Virus record (IMG/VR): IMGVR_UViG_3300012209_000008
Span: 2,026 to 66,025 of that record
Direction: 5' to 3' (one strand)
DNA length: 64,000 bases
Source of the DNA: a virus
Position 1 is the stretch's first letter; every line of letters begins with the position of its first letter. The position numbers and the translations under genes are program-made. Under the pieces are notes generated by a model. It did not search any database. It was not told where the DNA came from and was given only the letters and a program-made list of their open reading frames with translations. Positions 8,891 to 16,898 of the stretch are shown in pieces.

Positions 8891-9442
8891 CTACAGTCCC
8901 GGCAACACCGTGGTGGCGTTCTTGAGGCTCAGCTGACCGTCCAGCGCGCCCAAGACCGCCTCCAGGTGTTCAATCTCCTGGGCCAACACCTGCTCCTCAA
9001 TGTTCACCACGACGTCCTGTGGCTTGGGGGCGGTCCCCGCCACGGCGACGGCGGAGACCACCGCGACGCCCTTGGCCAGCGCCTCCCGCCGCACCTGCTC
9101 AATGCGGACGCGAAGTCCGTTGAGGTACGTCCCGCGCTTGGGCGCCACTTCCCGGCGCCAGGTCAGCCAGTCCTGGAGGGAGCGCGTATCCCCGTTCACC
9201 GTCACCAGCGTGGCGGCGTTGGCCGCGAGGATGGCCCGGCGGATGGCGATGAGCCGGTCCTCCAGGTCCCCCATGGCCTGCTCCTCGGCCTTGATGTACG
9301 CGGCGGAGCCACCCTCGGCCACGATGGGATCCTTGAAGTATTCCTGGCGCGCCAGGTACTGGGTGATGGTTTCGCGCTTCTTGGCCAGCCGCTTGTCGAT
9401 GGTCTTGACCTCGGCGAGCGCTTCCGTGATCGTCAGCGACAT
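8891..9442 (-). CDS. DIP1984/DUF6847-like coiled-coil protein
   Basis: MSLTITEALAEVKTIDKRL...RLIAIRRAILAANAAT...LDGQLSLKNATT matches the family pattern. Confidence 0.6.
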   Translation of the reverse strand: MSLTITEALAEVKTIDKRLAKKRETITQYLARQEYFKDPIVAEGGSAAYIKAEEQAMGDLEDRLIAIRRAILAANAATLVTVNGDTRSLQDWLTWRREVAPKRGTYLNGLRVRIEQVRREALAKGVAVVSAVAVAGTAPKPQDVVVNIEEQVLAQEIEHLEAVLGALDGQLSLKNATTVLPGL

Positions 9443-9469
9443 TCCCTTTTCTCTCCTCTCAGGAAAACC

Positions 9470-9788
9470 TTACCGTGCCCCGCCATACCGCACCAAGCCT
9501 CGCCCGACCTCACCGCACCCGGCCGGACCCTGCCTCGCCCAGCCCGACCCACGCCTTACCCCTAACCACGCCCGACCGCACCGGACCTGACCATACCAAG
9601 CCCCGCCCGAGCTGACCGGACCAGAACCCTGCCATACCACACCCGACCGTGCCTTGCCCCGCCCAGCCGGACCACGCCCTACCACACCCTACCACACCGC
9701 GCCCTGCCTAGCCTTACCACACCGTACGATACCATGCCGCACCCGGCCGGACCAAGCCCAACCCTGCCTAGCCTTGCTCAACCCAGCC
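9470..9788 (-). repeat. GGY-NN pentamer array A (63 units)
   Basis: The plus strand parses as consecutive NN-RCC units (ttacc gtgcc ccgcc atacc gcacc aagcc...). 3 imperfect units; phase shifts at 9550-9567 and 9623-9628. Confidence 0.95.
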
Positions 9789-9794
9789 TCAGAT

Positions 9795-10439
9795 CTACTC
9801 CGTCAACAACTTGAACCCCGCCACGGTGAAGCGACCATAGGTGGGCCGATGATCGCAGAGCCCGGCAATGAGTCCCGCGGAGTTGGCCAGCTTGGTCAGC
9901 AGCTCCGGCGTCACGTAGTGGGGCAGCGTCACCAGGACGATGAAGCTGAGGCGCCAACCCTCCTTGAGGGCTGGACGGACCCGGGTGATGCCTTGCCGCT
10001 GCACCGGCGCCCGTCGCTTGTCCTCGTAGTCCCACTCCTTGCGCCGCGGCTCAAACGGGGCCACGTCATCCAGGGGAATGATGGCGGCCTTGACCAGATC
10101 CCGGAGCGACTTGCGCGGGCTCCGCGGGTCGCTCTCATAGCGGGCCGCCTCTTGGAGTGCCGCGGTGAAGTTCATCCCCGGCACGCCCAGGGTCCCGTCC
10201 GTCATCCGGTACACGTAGGACTCCAGGTTGTCGGTTTTCTTGGCCTTGCTCCCTTTGGCCGACGCGCCCTTCTCCTTCACCGCTTCCACGTCCCAGCGGT
10301 GGAAGAGGATCGGGGCCACGCCCACCACGGAGATCCGCGCGCGATAGGGCTGTTGCAGCGCCACGGCCTCCTTCCCACCGTTGTCCGTTTGCTTCGCATC
10401 GAGTCCGATGCGCTCAGTCGCTCCTGCGGGCGCTTTCAT
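9795..10439 (-). CDS. stand-alone Cas7/RAMP-superfamily protein (Vipr-like), 214 aa
   Basis: RISVVGVAPILFHR (first RRM strand), GTLGVPGMNFTAALQEAA (RAMP P-x-helix), VRPALKEGWRLSFIV and the C-terminal Gly-rich loop AGLIAGLCDHRPTYGRF. ATG at 10439 has a GAGG SD; the upstream 63 codons in the track are array sequence. Confidence 0.8.
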   Translation of the reverse strand: MKAPAGATERIGLDAKQTDNGGKEAVALQQPYRARISVVGVAPILFHRWDVEAVKEKGASAKGSKAKKTDNLESYVYRMTDGTLGVPGMNFTAALQEAARYESDPRSPRKSLRDLVKAAIIPLDDVAPFEPRRKEWDYEDKRRAPVQRQGITRVRPALKEGWRLSFIVLVTLPHYVTPELLTKLANSAGLIAGLCDHRPTYGRFTVAGFKLLTE

Positions 10440-10464
10440 GGAAACCTCTTTCAAAGGAGAAGGG

Positions 10465-10920
10465 ATACCACACCTGGCCTCGCCCCACCTCACCACACCT
10501 AACCAAACCTGGACGCACCAGACCCTGCCATGCCAAACCGAACCACGCCGAACCGGACCCGGCCTTGCCACGCCGCACCGAACCCCACCACACCCAACCT
10601 TACCACGCCGTGCCGAACCGAGCCGCACCTTGCCTAACCCTACCCTGCCTGACCAGGACCTGCCGCGCCATACCGCGCCGTACCCTACCTGACCGGACCG
10701 TGCCTTGCCAGACCAAACCTGAACCCACCGTGACAGGACCGACCGAACCTAGCCACACCGCACCACGCCGAACCTCACCCCACCTTGCCCCACCGGACCA
10801 TACCCGAGCACACCACGCCCGAGCCAGGCCACGCCTCACCATACCGCGCCGTACCCAACCTGGCCTTGCCCCGCCGCACCGTACCACACCAAGCCACGGC
10901 TCGCCTCACCGCGCCGCGCT
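10465..10920 (-). repeat. GGY-NN pentamer array B (91 units)
   Basis: NN-RCC units keep the 5-nt phase from 10465 to 10819 (71 units), shift +1 at 10820-10825, then run 19 more units. 8 imperfect units. Confidence 0.95.
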
Positions 10921-11927
10921 CAGAATGGTAAATCATCATCCTCCGCCTCTAGGATGAGAGCATCACGCCGCTGCTGTTCTGCTTTCAGAAGCTCCACCAC
11001 CGGTCGCCACACGGCTGGTCGTTTGACCTTGGTGGTGAGTGCCAGGATCATCGCCTGCAAGCGGTCTGGCGGAATCTCGCGAACGCTTTTTCCGGACCAA
11101 CCCTTCAATGCCTTGGCGCGTGGTAAGAATGGTCCAAGGGTTCGATCCTCCTGCTCTTGCTTCGGGGGCTGGCGCTCACTCGGGGGCGCAGCCGCCTCGC
11201 CCGGATCCGCTTCCTCCGCCGTGGTAAAAATCTCGTCCGCGGCTGTGGCCACGATCACCGCTTGGACAAAGGCCCGCTTCCCAGCCCGCGCCACCACGTC
11301 ATTGAGCGCCGCACGCCAGTCCGGTTTGGTCTTGACGCGACTCTCTCCTTGCTCATCCTTCTCAATCACCGCGCCATACTTGCGCTGGGTCCAAATACTC
11401 CGGAACCCGGCCTCGGCGGTGGAGCAGCTGCCGACGGCGGAGCCGACCTGGCGCCGATAGTTGTCCAGCAACGTCACCTCCACCGTCTGGCTCACGAAGT
11501 CCGCCGTCTCCGTCCCGCCCACCAGCTTGGTCTCGCCTTTGGCGTAGCGGAACAGCTGGGCGAGCTTCTCGCCGCCGCGCTTGGTGAGGGCCTTCTGCTT
11601 GCTCCCGGGCACGACGTAGTAGTCATGGAGCTTGCCTGGGGCGGGAGCGCCCTTGCTGTCGTACTCCGCTTCTTGGAGGTACTCACGGACAAACTTGAGC
11701 AGCGTGTCCCGCTGAATCTTCCACCAGGCCAGTTGCTTCTCCAGATCCAGCGGCCGCTCCAGCATCGCGGCTTCTAGCGCCAGCCCGCGCGGCACAGCCG
11801 TCTGCGACTGCTGATCCCAGACGTGTCCCGTCGGCACCAAGCCCTGGGCCTGCGCGGCGGCGGCATCCAACAGTGCCTTCACCTCGGCCTGTGCTGAAGG
11901 CTTCTCAGTAACGGTCTTGTTGGTCAC
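10920..11927 (-). CDS. putative single-strand annealing / recombination protein
   Basis: KALTKRGGEKLAQLF...GSAVGSCSTAE...NDVVARAGKRAFVQAVIVATAADEIFT and an acidic DDDLPF tail. GTG at 11927 with a GAGGAGG SD. Confidence 0.7.
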   Translation of the reverse strand: MTNKTVTEKPSAQAEVKALLDAAAAQAQGLVPTGHVWDQQSQTAVPRGLALEAAMLERPLDLEKQLAWWKIQRDTLLKFVREYLQEAEYDSKGAPAPGKLHDYYVVPGSKQKALTKRGGEKLAQLFRYAKGETKLVGGTETADFVSQTVEVTLLDNYRRQVGSAVGSCSTAEAGFRSIWTQRKYGAVIEKDEQGESRVKTKPDWRAALNDVVARAGKRAFVQAVIVATAADEIFTTAEEADPGEAAAPPSERQPPKQEQEDRTLGPFLPRAKALKGWSGKSVREIPPDRLQAMILALTTKVKRPAVWRPVVELLKAEQQRRDALILEAEDDDLPF

Positions 11928-11942
11928 GCTCCTCCTCTGGTT

Positions 11943-11997
11943 GGGCCGAACCAAACCACGCCACGCCACACCAAGCCGAACCCGGCCTCACCGCGCC
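11943..11997 (-). repeat. GGY-NN pentamer array C (11 units)
   Basis: gggcc gaacc aaacc acgcc acgcc acacc aagcc gaacc cggcc tcacc gcgcc, all perfect NN-RCC, intergenic. Confidence 0.9.
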
Positions 11998-12009
11998 GCA
12001 GGTTAGGCT

Positions 12010-12246
12010 TCACGCGGCCTTCACTCCCAAGCGCTGAAGCGTCTGCGCCTCCAACCGCTCTCGGAGTTCTCCAACGTACTGCGTGCGCCGCGTCTCCGGG
12101 AGGACGCGCAGAGCCCGCGCTGCCAACCGGCGGCAGCGCGCGGAATGAAACTGGCGCTTGCGGCCACGCCGCGCCGGATCCTCCTGAAACGTCACGGCGC
12201 ACCCGGGCCGCGCACAGCAGAGGCCAGACACGAGACCATGAGGCAT
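12010..12246 (-). CDS. small Cys/His protein (CxxxxC...HxxxC), possible DNA-binding regulator
   Basis: LCCARPGCAVTF...RKRQFHSARCRR; AAGGAGG SD. Confidence 0.55.
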   Translation of the reverse strand: MPHGLVSGLCCARPGCAVTFQEDPARRGRKRQFHSARCRRLAARALRVLPETRRTQYVGELRERLEAQTLQRLGVKAA

Positions 12247-12353
12247 AGGCGCAACGGACCTCCTTGGGGCGCTCCCCCGGAGGGGCACCTTGGCCCGTCC
12301 GGTCCCTCTACGTTACTATAGAAGGGGCGCGGAACGGTAGGGGTCGTAAATTG

Positions 12354-12373
12354 TGTAATATGTTGATATTACA
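12354..12373. promoter_or_regulatory. perfect 8-bp inverted repeat in AT-rich divergent control region
   Basis: TGTAATAT-GTTG-ATATTACA inside the only markedly AT-rich intergenic patch (about 12310-12460), between divergent gene blocks. Confidence 0.55.
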
Positions 12374-12868
12374 TATGCTTTAGACCTTTAGGCTTAGGTA
12401 GGGAGTCCCCTAAGCTATGGCCTCCCTTTACTTTCCATTGCTTCCCTATTACCTTCTATTCGGTGACCGGATTGGCCCCGGGTAGCCTAACCTCCCGCGG
12501 AAGCTCTCATTAGCCAGTCCCGTCCCTAGGGGGATGGCAGCAGTGCCGCAGCGGGGCTGGCCCCGCAAGACCTCCGATCCATAGCGCGAAGCGAACGTAC
12601 CGACCCCGCAGACGGCGTGTTGCTCACTCAAGGGCTCTGGCTCCGGCTATCCCGCAGGCAGCGCTGGACAAGCGAAGGGGAATGGACCCCAGGCGGCGTC
12701 GGTCTCAGATGGTCAGCGGCGGAGTACCAGTCCACAGCCGCGGTCCGAGGGAACACTCGCGCGAACGATCAATGGCCATAGAGGCCGGGGTGCAGATCCC
12801 GGAGCCTCCCAGCAGTGGGGTGCAAGGTCCCCGCGTTGGCCTTCCTCTTCTACGTCTGTAGTGCTCTC

Positions 12869-12881
12869 AGCGTATCGTGTA
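12869..12881 (+). promoter_or_regulatory. early-gene upstream motif, copy 1
   Basis: AGCGTATCGTGTA just before the SD of the gene at 12903. Confidence 0.65.
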
Positions 12882-12902
12882 ACCCCTCAGAAGGAGGAAG
12901 CA

Positions 12903-13163
12903 ATGCCTCGTCCCCCGAAGAGCATCACCGTGGCCGAGCTGATCGAGATTCTGCAAGACCAGGACCCGGAGGCCCGCGTGATGTTTGCGTGTGACTACGG
13001 TGACCACCATCACACCAAGCAAGTTCTGACCATTGATGGCGAGCTAGAGCCGTTGCTGATTGAGGAGAGTGGCTACAGCCAGAGCGGCTGGGCCGTGGTA
13101 GAAGATGATGGTGATGAGGACCGCGACGATGAGGCGCGGCCGACGGTCTTGGTGCTCACATGA
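12903..13163 (+). CDS. small acidic early protein
   Basis: MPRPPKSITVAELIEILQDQDPEARV; AAGGAGG SD. Confidence 0.7.
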   Translation: MPRPPKSITVAELIEILQDQDPEARVMFACDYGDHHHTKQVLTIDGELEPLLIEESGYSQSGWAVVEDDGDEDRDDEARPTVLVLT

Positions 13164-13432
13164 TCCGTACCTTCACAGACCTGACGGAGTGGAAGGCCGC
13201 GGCGGATGCGCGCGGCCTCTTTCTCTTTACTGATCACGAGGATGAGCCGACCGCACAGGATGCGTTCCAGGGCACCGAAGCACGGGAACCTGGCGCCCAG
13301 ATGGACGGGGATGGCTACACGCCGTGCGTCGGGTGGTGGAACCCGCCGGGAGCCCGCTGGCCCGGCTCGCGCCAGATCGGATGGCTGGCCGACACCGCAG
13401 ACGAGTTCCTGCAGTTCATTCAAGACCTCTAA
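13160..13432 (+). CDS. hypothetical early protein
   Basis: 90 aa; ATGA overlap with the upstream gene. Confidence 0.6.
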   Translation: MIRTFTDLTEWKAAADARGLFLFTDHEDEPTAQDAFQGTEAREPGAQMDGDGYTPCVGWWNPPGARWPGSRQIGWLADTADEFLQFIQDL

Positions 13433-13448
13433 AGCGTACCGCGTACCC
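13433..13448 (+). promoter_or_regulatory. early-gene upstream motif, copy 2 (variant)
   Basis: AGCGTACCGCGTACCC before a GAGGAGG SD. Confidence 0.5.
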
Positions 13449-13460
13449 AGAGGAGGATCC

Positions 13461-13973
13461 ATGACCACGACGTTTCCGGCCACTGCGAAGCAGCTGGCCT
13501 TCATTCAGCGACTGGTGGCGGAAGGCCGCGGCGCGGCGCCCACGGGGGACCTCTCCCGGACGGCGGCGAGTCAGGTGATCGAGCAGCTGTTGGCCGCGCC
13601 GCGTCCGACGGTGACCGTCCCCACGATGACGGCGGTGACGGAGCCCGGGATGTACCGGGCTGCGGACGGCACCATTCACAAGGTCCAGCGCTCCAAGCAG
13701 GATCCTACCCGACTGTACGCCAAGCGCCTCGTCCAGATCACCGGGCAGCGCCTCCGCGACGCCGACGCCGAAGTGGTCCAGTGGGAGTTCCAATATGCGC
13801 CCGGGGCCATCCGGACGCTTCAGGCCAGCCAGCTCCTCTCTCTGGAGGAGGCCAAGGCCTTCGGGATCCGGTACGGTATCTGCTGTGTGTGTGGGGCCTT
13901 CCTGAAGGACGCCACGAGCGTCAGCGAGGGTATCGGTCCGGTCTGTGCCAAGCGCCAACAGTGGAGGGACTAA
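13461..13973 (+). CDS. DUF6011-like protein
   Basis: C-terminal CCVCGAFLKDATSVSEGIGPVC; N-terminal ATAKQLAFIQRL. Confidence 0.7.
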   Translation: MTTTFPATAKQLAFIQRLVAEGRGAAPTGDLSRTAASQVIEQLLAAPRPTVTVPTMTAVTEPGMYRAADGTIHKVQRSKQDPTRLYAKRLVQITGQRLRDADAEVVQWEFQYAPGAIRTLQASQLLSLEEAKAFGIRYGICCVCGAFLKDATSVSEGIGPVCAKRQQWRD

Positions 13974-14066
13974 GAAAAAGAAGAGGCTGGCTCATCCCCG
14001 AGGGAGAAGCGGAGGCATAAGCGGGTAGCGCCCCGCGGGGTCCTCCGGAGTCAGCAAGTCCTGTTG

Positions 14067-14080
14067 AGCGTATCGTGTAC
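14067..14080 (+). promoter_or_regulatory. early-gene upstream motif, copy 3
   Basis: AGCGTATCGTGTAC. Confidence 0.65.
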
Positions 14081-14099
14081 TCCTACAAGAGAGGATCCG

Positions 14100-14462
14100 G
14101 TGAAGATTCCGTTTCACTACTCGCTGCGGCGTGCCTTGGCCGTGCTAGAGTTGATTGACCTCCCCAAGGTCCTGAAGGATGAGGTCTGGGCGGAGGCGTT
14201 TGACAATGGCCGCGAGCAAGGGCTCGCCATTCACGTTCAGGGACGCGGGACCGCCATCCCCACGATCCTCTTCCTGGCGCAGAACCGGAACAGTGATGCC
14301 ACGGTCGTCTATCTGGACCGGGACATTCTCGGGACCCGCAACATGCCCAGCGATGAGGCTTGGCGCGTGGCCACCTACTTCCCCGACGGGGAGGAGCGGA
14401 AGGCTGCGGCCTACATTCTCGCTACCATCCACTCACTGATTTCTACAGGAGGTTCCAAATGA
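14100..14462 (+). CDS. hypothetical early protein
   Basis: GTG at 14100 after GAGAGG. Confidence 0.6.
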   Translation: MKIPFHYSLRRALAVLELIDLPKVLKDEVWAEAFDNGREQGLAIHVQGRGTAIPTILFLAQNRNSDATVVYLDRDILGTRNMPSDEAWRVATYFPDGEERKAAAYILATIHSLISTGGSK

Positions 14463-15082
14463 AACCGACCCCATCCCTTTTCCTCGCCGCCTGCGTGGCG
14501 GTGATGACGGCCTGTGGCTCCGCCACGGGTCCGGCGGTGCCACACGATCCATTCGGCGCCGTGATCCTAGACTGGTCCGCGCTCACGTCGTACATGGACA
14601 GCAGCGTCACATACCCCGATAGCTTTGGCGTGTCGGTTGATGCGCGCGTCTACGGCCCAGATTCCGTTACGCTGATTGGGGACCAGGTTACCCGTATCCG
14701 CTTTGTCAATGGTATCGTGGGGGACTTGGACAAGTGTGGGGAGGTGTTGGAGACCGACGGATACGTCGCCCATGAGCTCGTCAGAATCGATATGGTCATC
14801 AGCACGCATCTGATGGCTGACCCGGCGTCCTCTGGGCCAGGGTTTGCGGCGCCGACGGACACGGTGGCCCGCTACGTCAGTGGACTCTGGGACCCGTTGA
14901 ACTCACCGAACCCGGCCTGGGGCACGGACCGCGATCACTTTCTGGTCTGGCGTCTCAACATCACCGACTTCACACCGCTGGCGCCCAGCACGATCGCTCC
15001 CGCCACGGCAGAGGCACAGGCACCGTACATTAACTCGCAGCCATGGTACAACACCTGCAATGGGACGGCGGTGATCCCGTGA
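14459..15082 (+). CDS. lipoprotein
   Basis: MKPTPSLFLAACVAVMTAC-GSATGP signal peptide with lipobox; GGAGG SD. Confidence 0.7.
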   Translation: MKPTPSLFLAACVAVMTACGSATGPAVPHDPFGAVILDWSALTSYMDSSVTYPDSFGVSVDARVYGPDSVTLIGDQVTRIRFVNGIVGDLDKCGEVLETDGYVAHELVRIDMVISTHLMADPASSGPGFAAPTDTVARYVSGLWDPLNSPNPAWGTDRDHFLVWRLNITDFTPLAPSTIAPATAEAQAPYINSQPWYNTCNGTAVIP

Positions 15083-15312
15083 CCGTCCCCTACTGGAACA
15101 ACCGCCGCTTGGCGGAGGTAATCGGCCTGAACGTGAAGGCAGATGTTCTGAGTGATACGCTGGTGCTCCAGGCCATTGAGCACGGCCTCCGGGAAGCTCA
15201 TGCCGCGGGCTTCACGGCGTTTCCCCACATTGCGGCGAGCATCGGCGTGGCCCTGGACAAGGCCGGGTACCGGGTCGTCAAGGTCCACAAGGAGGAGGAG
15301 CCGCAGACATGA
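15079..15312 (+). CDS. hypothetical protein
   Basis: GTGA overlap with the upstream stop. Confidence 0.55.
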   Translation: MTVPYWNNRRLAEVIGLNVKADVLSDTLVLQAIEHGLREAHAAGFTAFPHIAASIGVALDKAGYRVVKVHKEEEPQT

Positions 15313-15596
15313 AGACAATACTGCTGCTGCGCAACAAGGCCATGGCACGGAAGCTCGCCAGCGGCGAGGCGCTCGACCTGGCCTCCTACTGGACTGGCGT
15401 GAAAGGCCCGGACGGCGTGCGGTTGTACCGCCTGCCGTCCTCCCTCCAGATTGAGGGAAAGAACTTGTGTGATGCCCAGCACGAGGAGTGGATCTGGTCG
15501 GTGGGACGCCGGAAGGCGCCGCCCCACGAGGTGTTTGCCTCCACCGACACCCGCTTCTATAGTAACCCGGACTGGGAGTGCCTTTGGCTCCGGTAG
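15309..15596 (+). CDS. hypothetical protein
   Basis: 95 aa; GGAGGAGG SD. Confidence 0.6.
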   Translation: MKTILLLRNKAMARKLASGEALDLASYWTGVKGPDGVRLYRLPSSLQIEGKNLCDAQHEEWIWSVGRRKAPPHEVFASTDTRFYSNPDWECLWLR

Positions 15597-15601
15597 GAAG
15601 T

Positions 15602-15690
15602 TCGCGTGATGCGCTCAGTGGGTAGAGCGGCGGTCAATCCTAGGAGAAGGCCGCGCAGCATCATCGTGGGTTCGAGTCCCACCACGCGAA
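15602..15690 (+). tRNA. non-canonical tRNA-like element
   Basis: Acceptor TCGCGTG/CACGCGA; D-arm GCTC-AGTGGGTA-GAGC; stem GCGGTC/GGCCGC with a 13-nt loop AATCCTAGGAGAA; T-arm GTGGG-TTCGAGT-CCCAC. No encoded CCA. Confidence 0.6.
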
Positions 15691-15783
15691 TTGGTCAGGG
15701 CTGCACCGTCACGTCCCTCCAGAAACGTCCCGTCGGGGGCCAATCCCGGCGTGACTACCTTGGCGGTGTAGTCCTGGACTCTT

Positions 15784-15797
15784 GGCGTATCGTGTAC
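15784..15797 (+). promoter_or_regulatory. early-gene upstream motif, copy 4
   Basis: GGCGTATCGTGTAC before a GGAGGAG SD. Confidence 0.65.
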
Positions 15798-15817
15798 TCT
15801 CTTGACTGGAGGAGCCT

Positions 15818-16204
15818 GTGGCCATCTACCCCACCGATCTGGACCACCCGCGAACGCATGTGGTCTGGACCAAGACCTTTGCCCTGTTCGGGGGCAAGTT
15901 CACGCTCCTCGCTGCTTACAAGACCTATCCGAGTTGGGCGGGCCGTGCGCTGCTCCCCAAAGGCAGCGCGGAGGCCAAGGCCAAGTTCGGCACCAGTCCG
16001 GACCAGCCCCGCACCATCGCCAGCGTTACCATAGCGACCTATACGGCGACGGGCCGCTCCGTCATTACGCCAGAGGACGTGGTGAACTACACGGGCGCCA
16101 TCGTGGCCGAGCGCGTGTTCACTGACAAGGATCTGACCGAGGCAGAAGTCCGCGCCGTCAATTGGCTGAACGAGAACCGGCCAGACTGGCTGGAGGCTCC
16201 GTGA
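15818..16204 (+). CDS. hypothetical early protein
   Basis: 128 aa with a strong SD. Confidence 0.65.
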   Translation: MAIYPTDLDHPRTHVVWTKTFALFGGKFTLLAAYKTYPSWAGRALLPKGSAEAKAKFGTSPDQPRTIASVTIATYTATGRSVITPEDVVNYTGAIVAERVFTDKDLTEAEVRAVNWLNENRPDWLEAP

Positions 16205-16419
16205 CCTGTCCCTGCGGCCAGCCGCTCCACTACAGAGAACCGTATGTCCAGGAGCTGGTGGAACGGATTGTGCAGCGGCTTGGGCCCGATATCGCCATCA
16301 CTGCCCTGGAGACGGGCCGGACCTGGTTGGTGCCGCGCCACTACATTGCGTTACACGGGCTCAACAGCGCGGATCTCCCGGTGCTGGCGGACGTGTATGG
16401 CTTTCCAGAGGTCCCATGA
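16201..16419 (+). CDS. hypothetical protein (CPCG...HY)
   Basis: GTGA overlap; MTCPCGQPLHY. Confidence 0.6.
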   Translation: MTCPCGQPLHYREPYVQELVERIVQRLGPDIAITALETGRTWLVPRHYIALHGLNSADLPVLADVYGFPEVP

Positions 16420-16631
16420 ACAATCCGACCAATACGCTCCTCGTCCTTTCCCACGAAGTGTGTGTCTGCGGCCATTGCCGCTGCGATCATGCACTGGGGT
16501 TCGAACACTGTCTCCGCTGCCGCAAGACGCCGTGTGCCCGGTATACCTGGCCCGGATCCGGCGCCCAGCTTCCGGCGTCGCATACGCCACGCCAACGCTT
16601 CAAGTTCCCCCGAAAGGCGGTGGGCTCATGA
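16416..16631 (+). CDS. small Cys/His-rich protein
   Basis: CVCGHCRCDH...HCLRCRKTPC. Confidence 0.55.
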   Translation: MNNPTNTLLVLSHEVCVCGHCRCDHALGFEHCLRCRKTPCARYTWPGSGAQLPASHTPRQRFKFPRKAVGS

Positions 16632-16894
16632 TGCAGGATCCCCGAGATGTTGCGGAGTTGCTGGCCCGGCTCGTCCGGTCCGGTACCGGCGGGGAAGCCA
16701 TTGCTTCGCCCCCGCGCGTCTCCGCAGGCTTGGTCCCGACGCAAGCCGCCTTCACCGTCGAGACGGTGGAGGGCAAGCACTTCCGGGTCATCATCCTGGA
16801 AGAGCGGCGCCGCCCGGGGCGGTGGCCGTTTCCGCTCCACCGTCCTCCAGTACCTCCCAAGGCTGAGCCATGGGAGCCGGATCCGCGGGACTAG
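16628..16894 (+). CDS. hypothetical protein
   Basis: ATGA overlap; 88 aa. Confidence 0.5.
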   Translation: MMQDPRDVAELLARLVRSGTGGEAIASPPRVSAGLVPTQAAFTVETVEGKHFRVIILEERRRPGRWPFPLHRPPVPPKAEPWEPDPRD

Positions 16895-16898
16895 CCCC

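Noticed and set aside
9470-10957. ORFs such as 9470..9685, 9510..9695, 10565..10957, 10600..10887 and the N-terminal extensions of 9795..10628 and 10920..11969
   Set aside because: They are translations of the GGY-NN arrays (low-complexity W/R/G/P/T text) with no SD. The real starts with SDs are at 10439 and 11927.
9470-11997. Canonical CRISPR array or simple microsatellite
   Set aside because: There is no 25-40-nt direct repeat with unique spacers and no cas1/cas2. Units vary at two fixed positions without local copy runs, unlike slippage repeats.
15630-15650. Amber suppressor tRNA implying TAG recoding
   Set aside because: The loop is 13 nt, not 7, and many core genes (tail tube, hub, RAMP, DIP1984-like) end cleanly at TAG with the next gene following. 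The standard code fits.
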